Sequence record: NC_024790.1
Source of the DNA: Escherichia phage vB_EcoP_PhAPEC7
Length of the DNA: 64,000 nt
Strand: one strand, 5' to 3'
Positions 1 through 8,908 of this stretch are shown one piece after another. A program made the translations under genes and the position numbers. Under the pieces are notes generated by a model that saw nothing but the letters and a program-made list of their open reading frames with translations, made no database searches and was not told the origin of the DNA. Each line of letters begins with the position of its first letter. Positions within the stretch are counted from its first letter, which is position 1.

Positions 1-84
1 TGGCAGGGGCTACACCCTTACACTCAACCATCCCCCCGGTATGTTGACCCTGTAGCCACTACCCTACCCCACCTTACACGTTAC

Positions 85-99
85 GCATGCTCCGCATGT
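85..99 (+). promoter_or_regulatory. Candidate vRNAP-type early promoter hairpin (5-bp stem CATGC/GCATG, 3-nt loop; template-strand loop GGA)
   Basis: Perfect inverted repeat 86-90/94-98 with 3-nt spacer, about 45 nt upstream of the first early ORF. N4 virion RNAP is known to use template-strand hairpins with 5-7 bp stem and 3-nt loop. Consensus not verified. Confidence 0.3.
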
Positions 100-141
100 T
101 ATGGACATGTCGTCCTATCATCAACTATTGGAGCTATCATC

Positions 142-465
142 ATGACTACTACCGCTACTGTACGTATGACCGCAGGAACTTTACTTGGTACTGTTAACTC
201 TGCTGCTACTACTGTTGCAGATACATTTGGTACAGCTACTAAAGCAGTAGGTATGCTTAACTCATATGTATCTACTATGGCAGAGAAACAAGCCATCCGT
301 ACTAAATTAGAAATGCATACATTCGTAAACAAATTAGCTGAAGAAACAGCTATGAACGAGACTATGCGTAAGAAAAGTATCGAAGAATTCTGCAAAGATT
401 CAGAAAACGCTCGTATCTATAACGCAGAATATTCAAAAGTAATCGACATCCTGACTAAAGACTAA
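142..465 (+). CDS. Early hypothetical protein (107 aa, Thr/Ala-rich N-terminus)
   Basis: ORF with GGAG 8 nt upstream of ATG; followed by an intrinsic terminator. Confidence 0.55.
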   Translation: MTTTATVRMTAGTLLGTVNSAATTVADTFGTATKAVGMLNSYVSTMAEKQAIRTKLEMHTFVNKLAEETAMNETMRKKSIEEFCKDSENARIYNAEYSKVIDILTKD

Positions 466-474
466 ATCAATATA

Positions 475-500
475 GGAGGCTCTTCGGAGTCTCCTTTTAT
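475..500 (+). terminator. Intrinsic terminator
   Basis: GGAGGCTC-TTCG-GAGTCTCC stem-loop followed by TTTTAT. Confidence 0.6.
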
Positions 501-520
501 AAAGATTAGATAGTTTAACT

Positions 521-540
521 AAGTAGATAGTTATCTACTT
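521..540 (+). promoter_or_regulatory. 20-bp perfect palindrome AAGTAGATAGTTATCTACTT (possible operator or promoter element)
   Basis: Perfect dyad symmetry 16 nt upstream of the ATG at 556; function unknown. Confidence 0.25.
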
Positions 541-555
541 TAAGGATAGAAAATC

Positions 556-903
556 ATGACTAAATTCCGTTGTATCAAAGGCAATTCTGACATCCCTGTT
601 GGAACAATTATTGAAGGAGAACTTAGTGGTGAAACGATAGTTCTCACTAAGGATTCTACTGTTCTAATTGGGGAAGAACCTTTCTTTCAGAAAGGAGAAC
701 CCGTTAAGTTAACTAGTTATGTATGGCAATGGGAATCCTGTACTGATAAGGAAGAACTACTGGAACGCTTTGAAGATGCAGCATATGTTCTTGCAACATA
801 TGAAAGAGACATCCTTGAGTATGGTGAGTCAGATATTGACCACTCCAAAGCTACTGAGGAGTACGAATCTGCTAAGGCAGAGCTGCTTAAACACTTGTCT
901 TAA
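556..903 (+). CDS. Early hypothetical protein (115 aa)
   Basis: ORF with AAGGA upstream of ATG. Confidence 0.55.
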   Translation: MTKFRCIKGNSDIPVGTIIEGELSGETIVLTKDSTVLIGEEPFFQKGEPVKLTSYVWQWESCTDKEELLERFEDAAYVLATYERDILEYGESDIDHSKATEEYESAKAELLKHLS

Positions 904-1036
904 AAACCAGACGCTCCGCGTCTTATGGATGATGTAAATGCATCCACTAATCATTGAAATCTTAAGTCTTTTCTTGGGTTTAGTCACCGACGGACAAACC
1001 CATAAATCAAACAATCATTTATCTGGAGAGTACAAA

Positions 1037-1423
1037 ATGTCTATTCAAAAATTCACTTTCGGTCAATCTAACGCTGCTGCTGCTACCACTGAAACTAAAA
1101 CTGCTAAGCCTAAGGCTCAGTTCTGGTTGAACATTGGTTATGTTGCTAATGAAGGTTCTGAAGAAGAGAAGTTCATCTCTCTGCCTACTGGTATTCCACT
1201 GGATACTCAGGAACCACTGCCTACTAACAGCAGCAATGCTGACTTCCGTGCTATGCGTTGTGCACAGAACGATTTGCTGGAACAGTTAATCGAATATGCT
1301 CAGAACCTGGAACCAGGTGAAGAAGGTATCATTAACCTACAAGTTCAACTTCGTCGTGTGAAAGCAGAGGCTGCTGACATCCCAGCAGACGAGAATAAAT
1401 ATGCTCGTAAACTGACTTTCTAA
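1037..1423 (+). CDS. Early hypothetical protein (128 aa; start trimmed from track ORF 938)
   Basis: Internal ATG at 1037 preceded by GGAGAG; terminator immediately downstream. Confidence 0.5.
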   Translation: MSIQKFTFGQSNAAAATTETKTAKPKAQFWLNIGYVANEGSEEEKFISLPTGIPLDTQEPLPTNSSNADFRAMRCAQNDLLEQLIEYAQNLEPGEEGIINLQVQLRRVKAEAADIPADENKYARKLTF

Positions 1424-1432
1424 ACAACAACT

Positions 1433-1461
1433 GGACTCCCTTCGGGGAGTCTTTTATTTTT
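1433..1461 (+). terminator. Intrinsic terminator
   Basis: GACTCCC-TTCG-GGGAGTC stem-loop followed by TTTTATTTTT. Confidence 0.7.
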
Positions 1462-1564
1462 AACTAGACGATAAGCTATTCCTACTTTTTGAGTATCTTT
1501 AGACGAAGGGTACTGAAACAGTAACTAGATAGATATAGATTTATATTAGAAGAGGATATGTACT

Positions 1565-1807
1565 ATGTCTGTATACGAATTAGGCTATTTAATCTCTGCT
1601 GCTACATGGTTGTTCATCTTCTTTGTAGCTTACAAAGTAAGATTCATTGTATGGAATGTTGCTAAGTGGCTAACCACTAAAGCTATCATTCTTATCAAAC
1701 TACCTGGTGTTTACATTAAGTGTCTGTTTGCTTCCATAGTAGCTAAAGAAGTTCGTAAGCAACTCTGGGCTAAAGAAGCAGAAGAGTTTGCGAAGAGGAA
1801 CCAGTGA
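1565..1807 (+). CDS. Early small membrane protein (80 aa)
   Basis: Hydrophobic segment AATWLFIFFVAY; GAGGA upstream. Confidence 0.5.
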   Translation: MSVYELGYLISAATWLFIFFVAYKVRFIVWNVAKWLTTKAIILIKLPGVYIKCLFASIVAKEVRKQLWAKEAEEFAKRNQ

Positions 1808-1969
1808 TATTCACTAACATTGAGGATGCCATTGAAGAATGTATCTTCCGTAGATATCACACTGGAGTACAGAAACGGCACTATGGTGTAGTGCAACTCA
1901 ATGGTTATCAAATGGCTGTAAGAATTGTACGTAACAATAAACCTTTTAACTTTATGTGGAGTACTAAAC

Positions 1970-2146
1970 ATGCGTAAGTCATTAATCATGGGAACCAAAG
2001 AAGATGTGTCACGTTTACGTAATCGTAATGTAGCAAGTAAACGGACACTCAGCATGACCAATGAGCAACTGCAAGAGTTCATTGATGCAGGGCTTAAACA
2101 AAGTAAGGCTCGTATTGTTACCTACAATCACCCATGCATTAAATAG
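1970..2146 (+). CDS. Early hypothetical protein (58 aa; ATG start inside track ORF 1925)
   Basis: Track ORF starts at TTG; internal ATG at 1970 has GGAG upstream. Confidence 0.35.
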   Translation: MRKSLIMGTKEDVSRLRNRNVASKRTLSMTNEQLQEFIDAGLKQSKARIVTYNHPCIK

Positions 2147-2149
2147 TAA

Positions 2150-2180
2150 GGAGTCCTCCAATAGGAGGATCCTATTTTTT
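2150..2180 (+). terminator. Probable intrinsic terminator
   Basis: TCCTCC-AATA-GGAGGA stem followed by T-run; the T-tract is a few nt from the stem. Confidence 0.45.
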
Positions 2181-2223
2181 ATTCTTGAATAGTTAGATAT
2201 GTATTTAAATAGGAGAAACAATC

Positions 2224-2532
2224 TTGAATGAAATAGTATGTATACTTCCTCACTTAGCTAAAGTAGCTGACAGGAATATACGGGTACATTTACCCTTCCC
2301 ATTAAGTAATCCGTTCACTCGTAATGAAAGAACCACAGTAGAGGATATAGAGGTAGCTTATGAAGCCTACCTTCGTAATCGTCTTATTAGTGGTGACAAA
2401 TTAATTACAGCAGAGATGGAAAGGATTGCATCCTTTGTCACAGATAGTACAAAGAAACCTGTTGGTTTAATTGGTACTGAATCTGATGTTAACGTTATTC
2501 GTAAAATATTAATGGAGGCTTTAAATGGCTAA
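2224..2532 (+). CDS. Early hypothetical protein (102 aa, TTG start)
   Basis: AGGAG upstream of TTG; contiguous with neighbouring genes. Confidence 0.45.
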   Translation: MNEIVCILPHLAKVADRNIRVHLPFPLSNPFTRNERTTVEDIEVAYEAYLRNRLISGDKLITAEMERIASFVTDSTKKPVGLIGTESDVNVIRKILMEALNG

Positions 2533-2764
2533 ATATAAAGTAATTCGTTTTGCAGATAATAAACGTGGCATCGGTGCAGAAGTAGAGAAGAAAACAATCT
2601 TTGGAACCAGTACATGGGTGAAGGTTGCTACACCTGGATATGACGAAGCCTTCGACAAATGGGTTAATAAAGTGACCGGTAAATCTGGGTATGCTGATAT
2701 TTGTATGGCAGAGCTTAATGACTTCTATACCGCTAATCACATTACTAAGGAATATGCAAAATGA
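2525..2764 (+). CDS. Early hypothetical protein (79 aa)
   Basis: GGAGG upstream of ATG; start overlaps previous stop. Confidence 0.5.
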   Translation: MAKYKVIRFADNKRGIGAEVEKKTIFGTSTWVKVATPGYDEAFDKWVNKVTGKSGYADICMAELNDFYTANHITKEYAK

Positions 2765-2982
2765 TGTACTCAAACGATTATGGTATATGCCCAGTCTGTA
2801 AGAAAGGACGTGGAGTTGCCAATCATAAACGTTGTAGTCGTATATTGCAGAAACAACGGAACCAGGAAGAATGGGATAAGTTGTTAAATAATCAGCACAA
2901 AGAAGAGAATCAACAGATGGCTGTTAAGGCATCTACTCAACGTATTCGCCGTATTAACTATATACAAGGATACCAAAAGTGA
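2761..2982 (+). CDS. Early small protein with CxxC...HxxC zinc-ribbon-like motif (73 aa)
   Basis: CPVCKKGRGVANHKRC motif; ATGA start/stop overlap with upstream gene. Confidence 0.45.
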   Translation: MMYSNDYGICPVCKKGRGVANHKRCSRILQKQRNQEEWDKLLNNQHKEENQQMAVKASTQRIRRINYIQGYQK

Positions 2983-3236
2983 TTATTACATTCCCTGTAA
3001 CTAAATCATTTAACTATATGGGACAAACTATTGAAGTCCCATTATGGGTTAAATATGTAGCCTTATTACCTCGTCCTCAGAAGAGTAGTAATGCCTCACT
3101 AATTGGATTTAGTAGAAAGCCTAAGCTAACTGAAAACTGTATTTGGAAGTCTAGTGGTAGACAAGAGGAAATTGGTTTTTGTGATTATGTACCTCAACCA
3201 AATATAGTATACCTAACCCTGGAGAAAGTAGAGTGA
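2979..3236 (+). CDS. Early hypothetical protein (85 aa)
   Basis: Translationally coupled ORF in the operon. Confidence 0.4.
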   Translation: MIITFPVTKSFNYMGQTIEVPLWVKYVALLPRPQKSSNASLIGFSRKPKLTENCIWKSSGRQEEIGFCDYVPQPNIVYLTLEKVE

Positions 3237-3547
3237 ATAACATCGTAGTAGTACATGATAATACATTTACTGACGTAGATAAGATGATGCGTAATATTGA
3301 TTATGTATCTCAGACTAGTAAAGCATTTAATGAAGAGTTCACTATTTACTGTGAACCAGAATCACCACTGGTTCCTGTATTAAAGGAAGCAGGTCTACCC
3401 TTCTCTACAGAGAACTTCCCAGAGGAACCAGAGTATATGATTACATTCGTATATGACTTACATGATGGCTCTCCTGCTAGTGAACTAGCCATGAACCAGT
3501 GGCGTAGCAAACGACCTGTATTCGCTTTTCAGGTACTTAAACCATGA
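3233..3547 (+). CDS. Early hypothetical protein (104 aa)
   Basis: Coupled ORF. Confidence 0.45.
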   Translation: MNNIVVVHDNTFTDVDKMMRNIDYVSQTSKAFNEEFTIYCEPESPLVPVLKEAGLPFSTENFPEEPEYMITFVYDLHDGSPASELAMNQWRSKRPVFAFQVLKP

Positions 3548-3924
3548 AAACTATCCCATTGGGTGATAACACCAATGCTTTGCTGGGTGTATCCGCACGT
3601 CCAATTATCATTGTTAACAAACATCACGGTAAATCCGGTGAATATATTGGACGTGGTTCACCTCTTGGAAATCCATTCGTCATTGGTAAGCATGGAACCA
3701 GAGAGCAAGTAATTGCTAAGTATAGAGTCTGGCTGCAAGAACAGATTGATAAAGGTAATCCAGTTGTACTGGATGAACTTAATCGTCTGGGTAATAAAGC
3801 CATTGACGAGAAAGGTCTGGCCTTACAGTGCTTCTGTTATCCAAAGCCATGTCATGGTGAGGTTATTAAAGAGAAGCTCGTACAGGCTATGTATAATTAC
3901 TTTGTGGAGAATCCAAATGGATAA
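3544..3924 (+). CDS. Conserved phage protein, DUF4326-like (126 aa)
   Basis: GRGSPLGNPF motif recalled as typical of the DUF4326 family; not checked against HMMs. Confidence 0.45.
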   Translation: MKTIPLGDNTNALLGVSARPIIIVNKHHGKSGEYIGRGSPLGNPFVIGKHGTREQVIAKYRVWLQEQIDKGNPVVLDELNRLGNKAIDEKGLALQCFCYPKPCHGEVIKEKLVQAMYNYFVENPNG

Positions 3925-4165
3925 GCCAAAGAACCATTCCAAAGAATGGGATAATCTAGATAATACTAACTTAAAATTATTAGTGGAATCTGATAAGTCT
4001 TTTGTAGAAATATCAAATATTATGCAGAGAACTCTTGCAGCTACTATAACCCAAGCACAAAGGCTAAACCTAATCCATGTACAAGATGTTGGAGGAGAAA
4101 TAAGAAGTAAGATTATTTATAAAATTACTTACTTAGAGTCCATACCATGGAGTACTTTCAAATGA
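3917..4165 (+). CDS. Early hypothetical protein (82 aa; start trimmed from track ORF 3713)
   Basis: ATG at 3917 with GGAGAA upstream; the track ORF overlaps the previous gene in another frame. Confidence 0.4.
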   Translation: MDKPKNHSKEWDNLDNTNLKLLVESDKSFVEISNIMQRTLAATITQAQRLNLIHVQDVGGEIRSKIIYKITYLESIPWSTFK

Positions 4166-4347
4166 ATAAACAATGTAATTGTGGCAAAGGCTATGTATCC
4201 CAATGGGATAACAAGTGTGGTCACTGCCGAACCAAGAAAGAACAGCGTGACCATGAGTATGCTCTCGATTGTGTAACAGAGTGCCAGTGTGAGTCACAGG
4301 CCGATGCACTTATCTTTTATAAAGAAGTAAGGAATCAATGCAAATGA
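4147..4347 (+). CDS. Cys-rich small protein (66 aa), possible zinc-binding
   Basis: CNCGKG...CGHC...CVTECQCE cysteine pattern. Confidence 0.4.
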   Translation: MEYFQMNKQCNCGKGYVSQWDNKCGHCRTKKEQRDHEYALDCVTECQCESQADALIFYKEVRNQCK

Positions 4348-4724
4348 AAGAAATCTTCGTATTCGGTAGTAATTTAGCAGGTCGTCACGGTGCTGGTGCA
4401 GCGAAAGTTGCATATAAGAAACATGGTGCACGTTATGGAATGGGAGTTGGTCACTATGGTTTCAGCTATGCAATCCCAACCAAAGACCAGAACATCAAGA
4501 CCATGAAACTGGATGACATCAAAGTATTCGTAGATGCTTTCATCCTATATGCAGCATCACACCCAGAGTGGGACTTTAAAGTAACACGCATTGGTTGTGG
4601 ATTGGCTGGTTATAAGGATGAAGAAATTGCTCCTATGTTTGCCAATGCTACAGGCAATGTCATGTTTGACGAAGCCTGGAAGCCTATTCTGGGAAATGAT
4701 TATATCTACTGGGGAACCTTCTAA
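4338..4724 (+). CDS. Conserved protein with Gly-rich loop FVFGSNLAGRHGAGAA (128 aa)
   Basis: Rossmann-like Gly-rich motif; family not resolved. Confidence 0.45.
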   Translation: MQMKEIFVFGSNLAGRHGAGAAKVAYKKHGARYGMGVGHYGFSYAIPTKDQNIKTMKLDDIKVFVDAFILYAASHPEWDFKVTRIGCGLAGYKDEEIAPMFANATGNVMFDEAWKPILGNDYIYWGTF

Positions 4725-4984
4725 TGACATATGAAGAACTATGGGCTGCTCAGGTCAGAGCCAGAGCACTCACACGGCATGACATCTATTGTGCATTACA
4801 GAACGAATTAAAGGGACGTACTAAGCTAGGTCACATATCAGGTTTCATTAAAATACCTATGCGTAGTCTAGTATGGCCTTATAAAGAAAAAAGCAATGAA
4901 TTTAGTGGTAATGGTTTATATGTACGTATCAACTACCTTGGCCAAGAGAACAGTATTCGTATTGCCTTTTGGACTAAACGTTAG
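4724..4984 (+). CDS. Early hypothetical protein (86 aa)
   Basis: Coupled ORF. Confidence 0.45.
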   Translation: MTYEELWAAQVRARALTRHDIYCALQNELKGRTKLGHISGFIKIPMRSLVWPYKEKSNEFSGNGLYVRINYLGQENSIRIAFWTKR

Positions 4985-5037
4985 GTAATAGCTGCTCCGC
5001 AGCTTTTGGTTATTAATAACATTTAGGAGAATATGCG

Positions 5038-5856
5038 ATGTACTCATCTATTGAACATCAGAAGCAGCTTGAAGTCCTATTCAATAAAAATCAATTACTG
5101 CCTCGCATGAGGAAGGAATTCGAGGACTCCAAAGAAATTGACTTTAAGGCATTCGCTGCCTATTTAAAAATTGATTATAAGCTGCTCATTGATGCAATGG
5201 TGCAGATTGCCCTACATAAACGTGCTGACATCCAGACTATGATTGGCTCTCTCATGAGTCACTCAGATGATGCTCAGTACATCGCTGACTGTCTATATAA
5301 GATGGCAGAGAATGACTGCTTCAACTATGACCCTACCATCGACAAGTTCGGTGTTATCTACGAGATTAGTGAAGATGTTCAGATGGAACTGGAAGCATTC
5401 CAGTATCCATTACCTATCGTAAGTGCCCCTAATCCTGTCAGAACTAACAAGGATACTGGTTACTACCAGACTAAAGGAAGCATCATCCTCAAGAAGAACC
5501 ATCATGAGATGGATGTCTGCCTTGACCACATCAACCGTATGAACAACCAACGTCTCTGTATTAACTGGGACGTTGCTAACTATGTAAAAGACTCTCGTCC
5601 TAACATGGATAAACCTAAAGAAGGTGAAACCCGTCAGGACTATGAGAAACGTGTTAAAGCCTTTGAAAAGTACAGTCGTACTGCTAAGGAAGTAATGGAG
5701 TTAGTGACTCAGGAAGGTAATAACTTCTCACTGGGTCACAAATATGACAAACGTGGGCGTACTTACGCTCAGGGCTACCACATTAACTATCAGGGAACCA
5801 GCTACAACAAAGCTGTACTGGAGTTCGCTGAGAAGGAGTTAGTAAATGAAGACTAA
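5038..5856 (+). CDS. T7-like RNA polymerase, N-terminal/small subunit (N4 RNAPII gp15-like, 272 aa)
   Basis: Lies directly upstream of the catalytic subunit; sizes 272 + 405 aa match the recalled N4 RNAPII heterodimer (about 269 + 404 aa). Confidence 0.55.
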   Translation: MYSSIEHQKQLEVLFNKNQLLPRMRKEFEDSKEIDFKAFAAYLKIDYKLLIDAMVQIALHKRADIQTMIGSLMSHSDDAQYIADCLYKMAENDCFNYDPTIDKFGVIYEISEDVQMELEAFQYPLPIVSAPNPVRTNKDTGYYQTKGSIILKKNHHEMDVCLDHINRMNNQRLCINWDVANYVKDSRPNMDKPKEGETRQDYEKRVKAFEKYSRTAKEVMELVTQEGNNFSLGHKYDKRGRTYAQGYHINYQGTSYNKAVLEFAEKELVNED

Positions 5857-6007
5857 CATTGGTTCCTATGAGTTATGGGTTAATGAAGAGTGTGTCTATT
5901 CAGGTACGTATGTGAAGTGCTTATACTTTGAGAAGCTTTACAAGCTTAAGAACCCTAAGAATAAAACCATTATTTACAAACTATCCGCCGACGTAGTAAC
6001 TAACTAA
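5846..6007 (+). CDS. Small ORF (53 aa) between the RNAP subunit genes
   Basis: ATG overlaps stop of upstream gene, AGGAG 8 nt upstream; below the track length cut-off. Confidence 0.3.
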   Translation: MKTNIGSYELWVNEECVYSGTYVKCLYFEKLYKLKNPKNKTIIYKLSADVVTN

Positions 6008-6063
6008 TCCTCCAATAAGCAGGCTCTCCATAGTGGGGAGCCAAGAAGCAAAAGGAATATAAA

Positions 6064-7281
6064 ATGCAACTGTTAACCGCTCGTGAATACCTGAAAGTAG
6101 ATATCGCCAATAACTATGGCTTGGATAAAAAGACATGGGATGAGCGTATTGCCTGGTTCGATGAGAACGAAGCTAACCTGCTTAATCTGGTAGATGAAGC
6201 TGAAGAATCTGCACTGTTCTATGCCGGTGTAAACGCATGGAAAGATATGAAAGACGGTAAGCCTATCGGTTATGCCGTAGCTCTGGATGCTACATCATCT
6301 GGCTTGCAGTTACTGGCTTGCCTGACTGGTGACCGTTCTGCTGCTGAACTGTGTAACGTAGTTAACTACATGAGAGAGAATGGTAAGCCATTACGTCGTG
6401 ATGCTTATACAGTTATCTATCACAAGATGCTGGACATCCTTGGTGAAGCATCCCGTATTAAACGTAGTGACACTAAACAAGCAGTTATGACTGCATTCTA
6501 TGGTTCAGAAGCTAAGCCTAAAGAAGTATTCGGTGAAGGCATCCGTCTCAAGACTTTTGAGAATGTAATGGAAACAGTTGCTAGTGGTCCTTGGGCACTG
6601 AACAAGTTCTTACTGCAATGTGGTAATCCGGATGCTAACCGTTACGTATGGGTACTGCCTGACAACTTCCATGCTGTCATTAAGGTCATGGTTCCTGAAG
6701 TGCAGACCGTTAACTTCTTAGGTAAACCATTCGACATCACTCGTATGGTTCAGGGTACTGAAGAGAAGACTCGTATGCTCTCTGCTAACATCACCCACTC
6801 TATTGATGGGATGGTGGTACGTGAGATGCTGCGTCGTTGTAACTTCAACATGAACCAGGTGAACTATATTAAGTCCCTATGCGAAGGAACCAATGATTAC
6901 ATGGTTGGTTCTGATGATAACTATGAAATGGTTAACACACTGTGGTCTAACTATGAGAAGTCGGGATTCCTGTCTACCCGTATCTTTGATTATCTGGACT
7001 CAGAAACGATTGCATTGGTTGATACAGATGTAATCATGGCTATGCTCAATACCATGCCTAAGAAACCATTCCCTGTAATGACCGTACACGACTGCTTCCG
7101 TTGTCATCCTAACTATGGCAATGACTTGCGTCGTCAGTACAATCAGATTCTGTCTGACATTGCTAAGAGTGACTTGCTGGGCTTCATTCTGTCTCAAGTA
7201 CTGGGACAAGAGTTCTCTGCTGGTAAGCTGGATGACAGCCTCTGGCAGGACATTCTTGAAACGGATTATGCATTAAGTTAA
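6064..7281 (+). CDS. T7-like single-subunit RNA polymerase catalytic subunit (N4 RNAPII gp16-like, 405 aa)
   Basis: Motif B RSDTKQAVMTAFYGS (T7 RSVTKRSVMTLAYGS), motif C TVHDCF (T7 HDSFGT), motif A-like LDATSSGLQ. Confidence 0.8.
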   Translation: MQLLTAREYLKVDIANNYGLDKKTWDERIAWFDENEANLLNLVDEAEESALFYAGVNAWKDMKDGKPIGYAVALDATSSGLQLLACLTGDRSAAELCNVVNYMRENGKPLRRDAYTVIYHKMLDILGEASRIKRSDTKQAVMTAFYGSEAKPKEVFGEGIRLKTFENVMETVASGPWALNKFLLQCGNPDANRYVWVLPDNFHAVIKVMVPEVQTVNFLGKPFDITRMVQGTEEKTRMLSANITHSIDGMVVREMLRRCNFNMNQVNYIKSLCEGTNDYMVGSDDNYEMVNTLWSNYEKSGFLSTRIFDYLDSETIALVDTDVIMAMLNTMPKKPFPVMTVHDCFRCHPNYGNDLRRQYNQILSDIAKSDLLGFILSQVLGQEFSAGKLDDSLWQDILETDYALS

Positions 7282-7288
7282 TAAACTG

Positions 7289-7324
7289 GCCTCATACCTT
7301 CGGGTATGGGGCTTTTTATTTTTT
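7289..7324 (+). terminator. Intrinsic terminator
   Basis: GCCTCATACC-TTCG-GGTATGGGGC stem-loop followed by TTTTTATTTTTT. Confidence 0.7.
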
Positions 7325-7341
7325 GCTTGGAGGTAGTCAAC

Positions 7342-7524
7342 ATGCCAGACATCTATGATGTTATTACTAATACTGTACTGATAGTTTTACCCGCTATTGT
7401 GATATTCACTATAGTTAACGCCCACAAATCCAAGTTTACCTATTGCTACTATGGAGCATACTCTGCCGGATGTTTTGTATTAGCTGGTTGGATAGCTTAC
7501 TGGATTTACCACATCAACAACTAG
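7342..7524 (+). CDS. Small membrane protein (60 aa; start trimmed from track ORF 7306)
   Basis: Track start lies inside the terminator stem; internal ATG has GGAGG upstream; two hydrophobic segments. Confidence 0.4.
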   Translation: MPDIYDVITNTVLIVLPAIVIFTIVNAHKSKFTYCYYGAYSAGCFVLAGWIAYWIYHINN

Positions 7525-7551
7525 CCACCCTCAAGGGTGGCTTTCTTTTTT
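7523..7551 (+). terminator. Intrinsic terminator
   Basis: AGCCACCC-TCAA-GGGTGGCT followed by T-run. Confidence 0.7.
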
Positions 7552-7598
7552 ATCAGCCTTCATAATGATTAGGCATATTTACTCAAGAGGATACATGC

Positions 7599-8432
7599 AT
7601 GCCAACCTTAAAGATTGCGTTTAATAAAACTACCAACGTTGCTACCGTGCTTGATTCAGGTGGCAGTGTTCCAGGTGGTTCTGTGGAAGTAGGTACTTTT
7701 GAACATCCAGATGCCACTTACCCTGATAGCTTAGTTATCTATCACGGTGTACGTGACCTGTTGTATAAACGCTCTGCTAAAAACCCTGCTGAAGAAGGCT
7801 TCTGGCCTAACAACATTGTGGACATGCAGTCGGTCACTATCGACATGCAAGCTACCCCACGATTGACTGTTGCTACCAAACTGCCTCGTGTAGTCTCCAC
7901 CATCGAAGGCGAAGACATTAACTGGCATATTGATGTGGCAGGTGGTAAAGCACCATTTACTTATAAGTGGCAATTCAAAGCTGATACTGCTGGTGCAGTA
8001 TTCGCTGATATTGATTCTGGTGATAACGCATCTGCTGCTACTGCAACATTGACCATTAGTAATGTAACAGCTACTTCTGCTGGTACTTATAAAGTGATTG
8101 TTACTGATGCTAATGGAACCACGGTAGAAGATACCTCGTTGCTGGCTGTAGGCTATTACGAAGCAAGCTCACTGGTAGCTACCCCTGCTTCACTGACTCT
8201 ATCTGTTGCTGAAGATACTGCTGCTGGTAAGACTGTAACCATTGCTGCTATACCTGTTGGTTCATCTGCTGGTACTTTATCTATTAAGACTGCTCCAGAT
8301 TCCGGTCGTGCTACAGCTACCATTACTGGTAACGTACTGACAGTTAAACCTGTGGCTGCTGGTGAAGCTACTTCTGTAGTAGTTACCAATGGTACTGTCG
8401 ATGTAACCATCGCTATTACTGTTGCAGAGTAA
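7599..8432 (+). CDS. Ig-like domain protein, putative capsid decoration protein (N4 gp17-like, 277 aa)
   Basis: Ig-like sequence features (YKWQF..., TATSAGTYKVIVTDANG); position after the RNAPII genes matches N4 gp17. Confidence 0.5.
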   Translation: MPTLKIAFNKTTNVATVLDSGGSVPGGSVEVGTFEHPDATYPDSLVIYHGVRDLLYKRSAKNPAEEGFWPNNIVDMQSVTIDMQATPRLTVATKLPRVVSTIEGEDINWHIDVAGGKAPFTYKWQFKADTAGAVFADIDSGDNASAATATLTISNVTATSAGTYKVIVTDANGTTVEDTSLLAVGYYEASSLVATPASLTLSVAEDTAAGKTVTIAAIPVGSSAGTLSIKTAPDSGRATATITGNVLTVKPVAAGEATSVVVTNGTVDVTIAITVAE

Positions 8433-8482
8433 GGGTATCCCTTATTTGGGGTTATAAACCCCGAAATGAAACCCTCAAGTTT

Positions 8483-8512
8483 GACCTCCCTACTAATGGG
8501 AGGTCTTTTTTT
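8483..8512 (+). terminator. Intrinsic terminator
   Basis: GACCTCCC-loop-GGGAGGTC followed by TTTTTTT. Confidence 0.7.
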
Positions 8513-8537
8513 GACTTAAACAAACTGGAGCCAGGAA

Positions 8538-8726
8538 ATGTATAAAGAGATTGCACTCTTCTCGTTCATATTAGGTGGGTTCATTGGTGCAGGAATTGTA
8601 GCTATTTCTAATACCTACTTTGGTTCTACTCCAAATTCTGTAACACAAACCCTCAAGCATGAATGTGAATTGAATATCCCTCGTAATCAAAACTGCGTAA
8701 TGCAGTTCGTACCGGAGAAGAAATGA
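8538..8726 (+). CDS. Small membrane protein (62 aa)
   Basis: N-terminal transmembrane helix; AGGAA upstream. Confidence 0.4.
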   Translation: MYKEIALFSFILGGFIGAGIVAISNTYFGSTPNSVTQTLKHECELNIPRNQNCVMQFVPEKK

Positions 8727-8908
8727 AACTTACCCAGTCCCAAGCAATTTTCCTTCGCATGGTTCAAGGTGGTTCTGCCACCAGCAACCGTAATAACAAA
8801 ACCGCACAGTCTCTTAAGAAGCTGGGCTTAGTACAGTTCAATGCTGGTCTTGGGTGGTCATTAACCCCTACCGGAGTACTTCAACTCGACACGTTAAAAG
8901 GTAACTAA
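8723..8908 (+). CDS. Hypothetical protein (61 aa)
   Basis: Coupled ORF. Confidence 0.35.
   Translation: MKLTQSQAIFLRMVQGGSATSNRNNKTAQSLKKLGLVQFNAGLGWSLTPTGVLQLDTLKGN

Noticed and set aside
99-395. Minus-strand 98-aa ORF overlapping the first early gene
   Set aside because: Antisense to a plus-strand gene with good RBS and terminator; the whole early region is transcribed rightward.
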